Of a DNA stretch of 32,071 bases, positions 1 through 8,066 are shown one piece after another. Under the pieces are notes generated by a model. It saw only the letters and a program-made list of their open reading frames with translations, did no database searches and had not been told where the DNA came from. Within the stretch, counting starts at the first letter, position 1. The number at the start of each line of letters is the position of its first letter. This stretch comes from an uncultured Verrucomicrobiales bacterium. GTDB taxonomy: Bacteria > Verrucomicrobiota > Verrucomicrobiia > Verrucomicrobiales > DEV007. The stretch spans positions 1 to 32,071 of the forward strand of contig CALKOM010000009.1 of assembly GCA_938091905.1 (NCBI GenBank), given 5' to 3'. The position numbers were made by a program, and so were the translations under genes.

Positions 1-2736
1 AGCTTGATGCAGCGGCAATCTTGAGATACGCCATTCAATGGCCTTACGGCTTGTTTTTGGACCCGAGGACATCTTCCCGTCGATCGCGCACCTTGCAAAG
101 GCTCTGATCAGGCAGGCAACTGTTTTTGGAGATCGCAACGCTGCGTTTTTAGTCTATCGCGAAGAGGGGCAAGTCGTCCGCGGGAACGAGGTCCCCGTCG
201 AGGACCAACAGCCGTTTTTCATCAAGCACGCGCTCAGGCGCTTTCCAAGCAGGTTCACTGCGGGTCCAGCTATCGGGTGAAAGCGATTCGGTATCTTCAG
301 TCCAGTCGGGCTTTTTCGGGATGTGCGGCGGCTCCATGGTTTCGATGTCGAAGGGTGGACGTGGTGGCGGTTGCTAGAGGTCGGGAACAGAGAATTCGGA
401 GAGGCGGTTGTGAGTAGACTCACAGAAACCCAGAAGACGTGGAATACCATTGACATACTGCTCTCACGAATCTCAGCACTATTTGCAATCGACATTACAA
501 AAGAGTTGCTGGTGCTGGAAGTAAAACGAAGGGCATGCAAATCAAAAAGAATCAAGTTGTCGTCTGGGATCTCTCTGAGAGCTTCTCAACGTCGAAAGCT
601 CGCAAATGTGGGTCAGGCCGACAGGTCAACGGAAAGGACCTTCAAAGTCTAGAGCCCTATGTTCCAGAAGTCTTCCGCGTCTTCTATCATTACTAAGTGG
701 TAATAGTGTTTTATTGCTTTTATGTTAGTAAAGTGACCCATATTTTTCATTAGTAATTCCATGTTGTTATGTGCGGCTAGGTGATAGGACGCACAAGAGT
801 GACTAGCGGTATTGCTACCGAGCCCAATCAATCCTGCTGCTCGCTTCGGCTTCTCCAGGATCTTACTAGCATTAGCGTGAGGGTGTATCGGAACCTTTCA
901 AAGCAAGGGCTCAAGCAAAGACGCCAGATTGTCGCTCATGTCTATCACTCGTGGCGTCTTAGTTTTTGAGACTGAGGATTTTATCACGATCCTGTGGTCG
1001 TTGATCGAGACGTCTTTCGGGTCCAGCCGGGTCAACTCAAGAGGTCTAACACCGGCAAAAACAGCCAGACTCCAGTACAATCGGCTACGATCGTCGCACT
1101 CAGCGATAAGTCGCTGCACCTGCTGAACGTCATATACGGTCGTCTCTGCCTTCGAATGAGTCCTTCCCTGGACCTTCGAAACGGGAGACACCTTCAGATA
1201 GTCATGCTTCACCGCGTAGCTGAACAGTGGGCTGAGCGTCCTCTTTGCCGAGTTCCAGGACGAATTTGCGGCATCCGGCCACACGGCAGTCATCGCCTTG
1301 GTGAGGTTACGGTGATCGAACGAGGAGACATCTCGATCAGCGTAGGCATCACAGAAGTTCTTCGAGTAGAGCACCAAATCTCGGCAATAAGTCGGTCGCT
1401 TGTGCTGCCCCTCGGCGTGCCAATACTCCTCCCAAAGCTCCCCCATCGTGATCGTCACTGGCGTAAGGAGGAAGGCCAGCGGGCCGAGGAGATCGTTAAC
1501 GACGTCGGGGCAATCGGTGACGGCCAGAAAAGAACGTCCTTCCGGCAGTCGGTTTGCTCCTACTCCAGCCACTCTTTCTGATTTAGAGTAATGTTAGATC
1601 CGGTGGGTAACACCCCAGAACTCGACCGCGTCTTCAGCTGATATCCAATCGTAGCTGTTGGTCAGCGTCATCTTCGGCGTCTCGTGACCCATGTTCGCCT
1701 GCAAGCGTTCCAGATCATTGAACTGGGTCAAATGCATGCTGGCGTATGTGTGGCGACTGACGTCATTCCCCTTCCCTGTCAATCCAGCGGCCTTCCTCGG
1801 AGCTTCCGTGATCTTCCGAGCGTTCGCTTCGGGGGCGATCGGTAAGGCAGTGAGAGGGAGGAGCATCGCCACGACATTGGGTTCCAGCTCCACCTTCCTA
1901 GGCTTCTTGGTTTTGCTGACATCGCGGCGTATCATTGCCCGTCTCTGATCAAGATTGACGTCAGCACAGGGCAATCGATACAGCTCGAAGGGGCGGATTC
2001 CTGCGAACAAACCCAACACAACGAACGCCAGATTCCGCTCATCGGTGTGAGCCAAAATGGCTCTGACTTCTGCCAATGAGTAAACCACGGTGTCCCTTTG
2101 GTCTACTCCCTCGTAGGAATCCGGTCGAAGATGTTCACGCCTGCCCAGCCGCGTTGCTTGGCAAAGGTCCAGATAGGGCGCAAGGTGCGACGCACTTTAT
2201 TGAACTGGTCTCTGGAAGTGGGATGTTGTCTCCGAGCACTCCCCTCACCTTCTCGGTAAAGTTTCGGATATCCTTCCCATACTCATCTCGCCTTTTGCTG
2301 CCCTTCTCCTTCCAGTGCGCATCGAACACTTCTCCAAGAGTCTTGGTCTCACCTGCATGGTGTAGGGCCAAGAATTCCTCCAGCTTCTGCACGCCGGGCC
2401 ACGCTTGTTTGTGGCGCATCATGTGAGCCTTCCCTCGCTCGACGTCGGCAACATCCGGATGATTCACAGTCTCGAATGCAGGCGAAGCACTTCCTGACCT
2501 TTGAGGACCTTTCTTTTGTGGGTCTCAGCCTCGCTCTTGGTGTCGAAAGATGGGCGTCTCCTCTTGCCCGTTCCAGTGAAGCTCTCTGGGATTGTTAGTA
2601 ACCAGCGACCGTTCGGCAACTTCGCAATCGGCAAGCTTGGAGCCTTGGGCATGTGCCATTAATGGCAGTAAAACTGCACGTCACGACATTGTGTATACTT
2701 TGTTGCAAAGCTTGTTGTATGCCCCCCCTTTTAAGA
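1..2736. mobile_element. Edge of a decayed tRNA-Phe-integrated genomic island/prophage remnant (continues beyond the window start)
   Basis: Integrase starts about 85 nt beyond the tRNA 3' end. Only short, broken, unrecognisable ORFs occur in 1-650. The second att copy is not visible in this window. Confidence 0.65.
649..2652 (-). pseudogene. Degenerate tyrosine recombinase/phage-type integrase with two tandem core-binding + catalytic modules
   Basis: ORF pieces 2464-2652, 2135-2467, 1594-2088, 898-1572 and 649-831. Module 1 motifs: AGIRPFELYRL, SKTKKPR, DVSRHTYAS, NMGH. Module 2 motifs: AGVRPLELTRL, SKTKTPR, NTASHSCAS, NMGH, KHYY. Frameshifts near 2465, 2220 and 2095; stops TAG 2103-2105, TAA 1594-1596, TGA 898-900. 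Lies directly downstream of tRNA-Phe. Confidence 0.85.
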
Positions 2737-2738
2737 GG

Positions 2739-2811
2739 TGGCTCGGGACGGGATCGAACCGCCGACACAGGGATTTTCAATCCCCCGCTCTACCAACTGA
2801 GCTACCGAGCC
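2739..2811 (-). tRNA. tRNA-Phe (anticodon GAA)
   Basis: Reverse complement GGCTCGGTAGCTCAGTTGGTAGAGCGGGGGATTGAAAATCCCTGTGTCGGCGGTTCGATCCCGTCCCGAGCCA folds as a cloverleaf with D-arm, TT-GAA-AA anticodon loop and GTTCGA T-loop. Followed by CCT, so a full CCA is not encoded. Confidence 0.97.
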
Positions 2812-2831
2812 TTGTCTCCTCGCGAGCGGTT

Positions 2832-2860
2832 TGTTTAGATGGCGTCCAGCTGGATGACAA
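2832..2860 (-). promoter_or_regulatory. Putative sigma70-type promoter for tRNA-Phe
   Basis: Minus strand TTGTCA-N17-TAAACA, ending about 20 nt upstream of the tRNA 5' end. Confidence 0.4.
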
Positions 2861-2889
2861 CCAGAATCTGAAGGAAATCTGAGAGAAGT

Positions 2890-4920
2890 TTAGCCAGCGA
2901 GGTGAGCTGCCGTATGCCCAATGATGCCAGTTCCAACGAGAGCAAGGACAGCCCAGACAGCGAGGACTTCTTTGCCACCCGATTGCTGATGCGGATTGTG
3001 AGATATCGTACGCTTGACGGCCCATTCGAAGATGCCAATGCAGACCCCAAAGACGATGAATGCGTAAAACGTGAAGTAGGCCCGGTCGAGCGCTGTCTGA
3101 ACGCCACTAACGAAGCCGTAGGAGTGCAATCCAGTCTCGAGCAGGTTCACTCCCCACCAGGAATAGCAAACGACGATTCCCCCGAAGAGCGTTGCCAGAT
3201 GCAGTCGGAGTTCTTTGAGATAGCCCCCTATCCGCCCGTGGAGAAGGATAAGATTCATCAGAACGATCATGAGAGCTCCATTCTCCTTTGGGTCCCATCC
3301 CCAGAACCGTCCCCAGCTTTCATTCGCCCATATGCCACCGAGGATCGTTCCAACCAATGAGAAGAGCAGCCCGAAGCAAATGACTCCATAGGTCATGCCC
3401 GTGAGTTCTCTATAGTAGCGCCGATTCAGGCGTGTCTTCATCGGATCTGTCAGTCGACTGAGAACGTACAGAATAGATAGTGCAGCCGCAGCAAGGCCTG
3501 CCGCATAGCCCATGGTCACGGTGGTAACGTGAGTCGCCAGCCAGTAATTGGTATCGAGCACAGCCACAAGCGGTTTGATAGTATCTTGACCATCAGCAAG
3601 CTCAAAACGCATCGCCAAAAAGAGACCGGCTGCGCCCATGAAGGGGACAAGAGCTAGTGCTAGACCATTCTTTTTGAACCCTTCTGCGATCAGAAGAATG
3701 ATGACACCCACTGCGGTAACGAAGAGAATCGTCTCGTAAAGACTGGTCACCGGAGGTCGACTACGAAGAATGCAGCGCCAGGTAATACCCACGACTAGAA
3801 GTAGAGTTGGAACCCACAACCAAGCGAATGCCCCCTTGCGAAGAGCGCCCCCAACGCGGCTGTGTGGGCTGAGCCAACTACCCGCAAGGATTAGGAAGCC
3901 AACAACGTAAAGCCATGGTCCGAGAAGAAGATTTTTCCATTTGTAGAACTTCACTTCAGAGGCAATGGCATCATACTCTCCTAGTGCGTCGGCTCGGCCG
4001 ACGGCGTGCCTCTGATAAAGATTCAGAGCCGCCTGCCGGGTTTCGTCGTTGGTCGACTGTATCGCTAAGTTTTCAAGAAGCTTGAACTGCTCGAGAAGCT
4101 TCGGTCTCGTTTCGACATCAGTTGATGGCTCGATGAAGGCCTGCATGAGTTCGCCCGGGTTGGTCCAGGAACCGTTTCCATCAAGTGGTGGGAGCAAAGC
4201 AACCATGGTTGAGGATTGAATGAAGGCCCCTAACAACTCGCTGGAGCGTTGCAGTGGTGCGGTTCCACGACCGGCTTCCTGGATCTTGGGGAGGTTGTCA
4301 AAGAGGACACTGAGCGGAGCGGTCTTTCCCTCTGGCACGTCCTCTGCAAGCACATCCTCGGGATCCAACGGCAGCGGATGTTGAGCAAACTTGAAAAGCA
4401 GATTGAGTCCTTCGAAGCGACTCATGCTCGCCGCCAGATCCACGATCTGCTGCTGAACCACAGTGCGTGAGCTGTCTTTTACCTTGCTATACTTCTCACT
4501 CAGCTCAGCCAATTTTTGCCGCCCGGTGACGATCTCATTGTAGGCGTAGTAGTCACGTTTGATGATGCGACCATTTTCCTTGAGATGCGGAGCAATCCCT
4601 AGAGCCGTCAAGACCTCCGCATTGTTGACCTGAAAGGTGGGGTAGTCCTGAGCCACTTCCGGACGAAAGAAAACGTCGAGCAACCACTCGTCTGCACTGA
4701 TCTTAATGCGCTCTTCTTTGTTCAAGGTGTGCTTTGAGCGCCCGTGAATCGAGATGAGCGTCACCCTGGCAAAGGTATCCATGGGCTTTACCCGGCCATC
4801 GTCTTTTACAGGAAGCTCTGAGAAGCCCCGGACAAACTCTTCGGGCCAGTAATCCGCCTCTCCGTGTAGGTTTGTCGTAATCGCAAGCAGTGCGATGAGA
4901 AATGCTAGGGTGAGTTTCAT
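2890..4920 (-). CDS. ccsA: Cytochrome c biogenesis protein CcsA/ResC (system II) with large N-terminal periplasmic domain
   Basis: WWD motif WANESWGRFWGWDPKE; heme-ligand His motifs WLATHV and GLHSYG; RPPVTSLYET; N-terminal signal-like segment; multiple TM helices. Confidence 0.93.
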   Translation of the reverse strand: MKLTLAFLIALLAITTNLHGEADYWPEEFVRGFSELPVKDDGRVKPMDTFARVTLISIHGRSKHTLNKEERIKISADEWLLDVFFRPEVAQDYPTFQVNNAEVLTALGIAPHLKENGRIIKRDYYAYNEIVTGRQKLAELSEKYSKVKDSSRTVVQQQIVDLAASMSRFEGLNLLFKFAQHPLPLDPEDVLAEDVPEGKTAPLSVLFDNLPKIQEAGRGTAPLQRSSELLGAFIQSSTMVALLPPLDGNGSWTNPGELMQAFIEPSTDVETRPKLLEQFKLLENLAIQSTNDETRQAALNLYQRHAVGRADALGEYDAIASEVKFYKWKNLLLGPWLYVVGFLILAGSWLSPHSRVGGALRKGAFAWLWVPTLLLVVGITWRCILRSRPPVTSLYETILFVTAVGVIILLIAEGFKKNGLALALVPFMGAAGLFLAMRFELADGQDTIKPLVAVLDTNYWLATHVTTVTMGYAAGLAAAALSILYVLSRLTDPMKTRLNRRYYRELTGMTYGVICFGLLFSLVGTILGGIWANESWGRFWGWDPKENGALMIVLMNLILLHGRIGGYLKELRLHLATLFGGIVVCYSWWGVNLLETGLHSYGFVSGVQTALDRAYFTFYAFIVFGVCIGIFEWAVKRTISHNPHQQSGGKEVLAVWAVLALVGTGIIGHTAAHLAG

Positions 4921-6173
4921 GCTTCAGCAGGTTTGACCGGTTCCGCGCGCGAACTGCGGTCAAGATGTCTAGTAAGTTTCAGTAAAAAATGGATGGCCAT
5001 CCCAAGAGCCGCGAGCGAAACCGTCACCGCCGGCCAATGTTCGACAGGCACGATAAAGAACTTGCTGGTGGGATTCTTCCACACGGCAAACACGGAGTAG
5101 GGCGTTTCGCCCTTGATGACCCGCCCACGTTCATCCTGCGGTCCATAACCCGACTGAAAGACGATGAACCCGTGATCTCGTAAGGGCTCGTTCATTTCAA
5201 TGAGACGCTCCTCTTTAGAATCACCATCGATCTTGGTTACTTCGCTCTCGTAAGTTTTCGCCGTGCCGTTGTCGAAAAACTCTGCCGTAAACTTGTCTAA
5301 CTTCACGGTAAATGGAATCGGCCATCTCTGACGATCGAGCTTGATCACCCAGGACCGCTCACCGACCTGAATGGTCAACGGTTGCATCTCTTGGCCCCAA
5401 AGAATGCCCGACTGTTTGGCCTGGCCAGAGGCATCAAGAACATCGACGTAGGTAGCAGCAACATTGGCTTCGTTCTTGGTGTCTTGGGGAAGAGATCTGA
5501 CAAAAGTCCCTTCGACGACGGGAAACTCTCCTTCCCGCCAAAACGCTTCGGGCATGACTGTAGCGTTCTCCGAGTGATTGTAAAGCCGCAGGTCAAACGG
5601 CACCCCTGGGAGATCTACCGTACGCTCTTGCTCACCAACCGAAGCGACCAAATCGGGAGGAAGGACGAGCGCTTCTTTCGAGAAGTCGGGCTGACCGTCG
5701 ATGACTTCATGGACGCGGATGACCCAATTGTGATAACTGACAAACTCATTACTTTCTTCGCCCTCATAGAGCTGCATGTAACCATCCTCCGCGTACTGGT
5801 GCTGCAGCAAACCTCCAGCGAGAAGAAACAGCATGGAAAAATGGGCAATCATGACACCCACGGTACGTTTGCTCTTGCGGAGCATGATAAGACCACCACA
5901 AATTAAGTTGATAGCAAAGACCCCGAGCAGGAGCTTGGCGCCAGGGATCGGAAGAGTGACGGAAAACAAATCGAATTTGTGGAAGACGATGAGCGAATTG
6001 AAGTATTTCTCTTGCGCTTGAAACAGCCCCATCGAGGGCTGAGCTTCCGTTCCTAGCCATGTTATCAAGAGCAGTAAACAAAGCACGATGACCGCTAGCC
6101 CAACAGAGGAGCAGAATCGGAAGACCTTTTTGCCTATCATCGCAAGGGGTGAGGCTATGGTTGTTTGAGTCAT
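4917..6173 (-). CDS. ResB/CcsB-like cytochrome c biogenesis protein
   Basis: N-terminal TM helices with GVMIAHFSM (conserved His), large beta-rich periplasmic region, IEMNEPLRDHGFIVFQSGY motif, C-terminal TM helix. Overlaps the ccsA start (ATGA). Confidence 0.85.
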   Translation of the reverse strand: MTQTTIASPLAMIGKKVFRFCSSVGLAVIVLCLLLLITWLGTEAQPSMGLFQAQEKYFNSLIVFHKFDLFSVTLPIPGAKLLLGVFAINLICGGLIMLRKSKRTVGVMIAHFSMLFLLAGGLLQHQYAEDGYMQLYEGEESNEFVSYHNWVIRVHEVIDGQPDFSKEALVLPPDLVASVGEQERTVDLPGVPFDLRLYNHSENATVMPEAFWREGEFPVVEGTFVRSLPQDTKNEANVAATYVDVLDASGQAKQSGILWGQEMQPLTIQVGERSWVIKLDRQRWPIPFTVKLDKFTAEFFDNGTAKTYESEVTKIDGDSKEERLIEMNEPLRDHGFIVFQSGYGPQDERGRVIKGETPYSVFAVWKNPTSKFFIVPVEHWPAVTVSLAALGMAIHFLLKLTRHLDRSSRAEPVKPAEA

Positions 6174-6181
6174 GAAATGAG

Positions 6182-7288
6182 CTAGTGCGGAGCGTTGCCG
6201 TTGGGTTGAGCGGGACGGAGCCGTATAGTTTCCGCAAAGGCACGGAAGAGAACCTTCTCTGAAGTAACGGTAGCGGTTGGCCCCCTCAAAGACGCAATGA
6301 CTGTCATCGGAGCATGGCCACCCGAAGCCAACTGACTAACAACGCCAAATAATGTCATTCCATCAGCTTCATACTCGATCCATCGCCCGCGACTACCCAT
6401 GAGAACCTGCTCGGGCAGCGCAGCGAACTGATCCTCCGAGTAGGGAGGTAGACCATCCTCCTCTCTCCACTGATTGACGACTGATATGGGGCTCGCCTTG
6501 TCTCCATCGACAGCGATACCCATCTCACACTTTGCCTCCTGGTTCGGACCTATCACAAATCCAATCGGCAGCCTGATTGCTTCTTCGCTTTCTGGCACAT
6601 AATATTCCCAATCGCACGGTCGAAGGAATTCGAAAGGTCCCACGGTAGCTTGCATGTAAGGCTCCGCATCGGGATCAGGCAAGATTTCCAAAGTGTCACA
6701 AAATGCTAGAAACTCGCTCTCTTCGCGATCCAAGAGAAACGCTGGGCCCACCATCTTTACAGAATAGGCTTCGCAATCGAGCATGAGGACCATGGCCAGC
6801 ATCCGGTAGTTCGCCATGGCTTTCTCTACACCCATGCCACCAGAGAACGTGCCATCGAGCTTTACAAAGGCGGCTTCACCTCCAGCGAACGGCCGGCGAG
6901 GGAGCTTGGCAAGTTCTTCGACGGTGAGCTCAGAGAGCCCCATCTGCCCTCGCCAACGATTGATGTTGCTGAGGCCCCCATCGAGAAAACCACTGATCTC
7001 TGAAAGGTAGCACTCCCCAATGTTGTCGGGACCAAAGGCGAAGTTGAGTGAGCGAAATTCACTCCCGGCCAGCCGTGCCCAGGACGACCCAGGCACGAAG
7101 CGGATCCTCCGATTACTGGATCCATACTTTGGAAATCGTTGTGCCGAAGATGCCCCAACCACATAGGAACCGCGAGGAGCAGCGATCATCTTGGACTCGG
7201 GAACAAGCGCGGCCGGGTCGTCGCCGCAGGCCACAAGGACCCAGCTGACAGCGATGAGTAGGAGACGACTGAGAAAGAAATCATTCAC
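6182..7288 (-). CDS. Putative lipoprotein with two internal repeats (NINRWRGQMGL-type), function unknown
   Basis: Likely GTG start at 7288 gives a hydrophobic leader and lipobox VLVAC. Two homologous halves: SNINRWRGQMGL...KMVGP...EFLAFCDTL and SVVNQWREEDGL...SLRGP...LFRAFAETI. Confidence 0.75.
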   Translation of the reverse strand: MNDFFLSRLLLIAVSWVLVACGDDPAALVPESKMIAAPRGSYVVGASSAQRFPKYGSSNRRIRFVPGSSWARLAGSEFRSLNFAFGPDNIGECYLSEISGFLDGGLSNINRWRGQMGLSELTVEELAKLPRRPFAGGEAAFVKLDGTFSGGMGVEKAMANYRMLAMVLMLDCEAYSVKMVGPAFLLDREESEFLAFCDTLEILPDPDAEPYMQATVGPFEFLRPCDWEYYVPESEEAIRLPIGFVIGPNQEAKCEMGIAVDGDKASPISVVNQWREEDGLPPYSEDQFAALPEQVLMGSRGRWIEYEADGMTLFGVVSQLASGGHAPMTVIASLRGPTATVTSEKVLFRAFAETIRLRPAQPNGNAPH

Positions 7289-7351
7289 TATATGGTAGTT
7301 ACGAGCGAGTTGCCCGCTAGGCAACCCCACCCTGCTTCGATGTTGTCGAAT

Positions 7352-8047
7352 TCACGAAGGAATCGATCCCGCTAGATAGGCGACCACGATAAGAGCCCCT
7401 ACGGACAAGGCGATGGTGATGAGCAGATTAGACCGATCCCTATCGTCTAATTCTGCTACGTGAAAACTAAGGCCGAGAGCCCCGGTGACAAGAATGGCGG
7501 CCACCACAGACATCCAGACGAGTGGATTGAAGCCCGTCATGGTGAACGCTCCAGATAGAGTCGATCCAAAGACTGAGAGTGCCCCCATGGAAAGGATGAA
7601 AGGCATCGATTCCTGAAGATAGGCAAAGCGGCTGACTCGACTGAGGGCTTCCATGAGGAAAGCTGTGCAGACCAAAGCGAGAGCTCCGTTGGCGAGGAAA
7701 CGATGAAACGATGCAGGGAATATCGCCCAACCTGGCTGCGACTCGAAGCTGGCCGTCCATGCCGTGGCCCCAATGCCAATTCCGAGCAGGAGCAGACCCA
7801 CCATTGCTACAACGAAACTGTTCGAATCGACCCATCGAATCCGAGGAGTACCTAGATCGAAATCGAAGCCATCCTCCCGCTCGATCTTGATCGTTGGTGC
7901 CGTTCCCAGATCATCTGCATCTGGCGGATGCCGGTGTTGATGATCGATGACAAACTTATAGCCACACCTCGGGCACTGGCCCTTGCTCCCCATCAACCCC
8001 TCATCGATCGTGATTTGAAGAGCGCAATTCGGACAGTAAATCTGCAC
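7352..8047 (-). CDS. Zn-ribbon-containing membrane protein (N-terminal CPNC...CPRC, several TM helices, DUF2231-like)
   Basis: Probable GTG start at 8047 (VQIYCPNC) avoids overlap with the cytochrome b gene. CxxC-x16-CxxC, acidic linker, then hydrophobic helices. Confidence 0.7.
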   Translation of the reverse strand: MQIYCPNCALQITIDEGLMGSKGQCPRCGYKFVIDHQHRHPPDADDLGTAPTIKIEREDGFDFDLGTPRIRWVDSNSFVVAMVGLLLLGIGIGATAWTASFESQPGWAIFPASFHRFLANGALALVCTAFLMEALSRVSRFAYLQESMPFILSMGALSVFGSTLSGAFTMTGFNPLVWMSVVAAILVTGALGLSFHVAELDDRDRSNLLITIALSVGALIVVAYLAGSIPS

Positions 8048-8066
8048 AGAGAAGATGTTAGTGGGT

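Noticed and set aside
1..652. Short ORFs 38-280, 149-337, 154-555 and 323-652
   Set aside because: Mutually overlapping, no recognisable motifs; probably decayed island cargo, so no product can be supported.
681..1760. Diversity-generating retroelement TR/VR pair between the two integrase C-termini
   Set aside because: Similarity is only at protein level, differences are not confined to adenines, and no reverse transcriptase gene is present.
2595..2882. ORFs overlapping the tRNA (2592-2882, 2595-2780, 2653-2838)
   Set aside because: Spurious translations of tRNA-Phe and its flanks.
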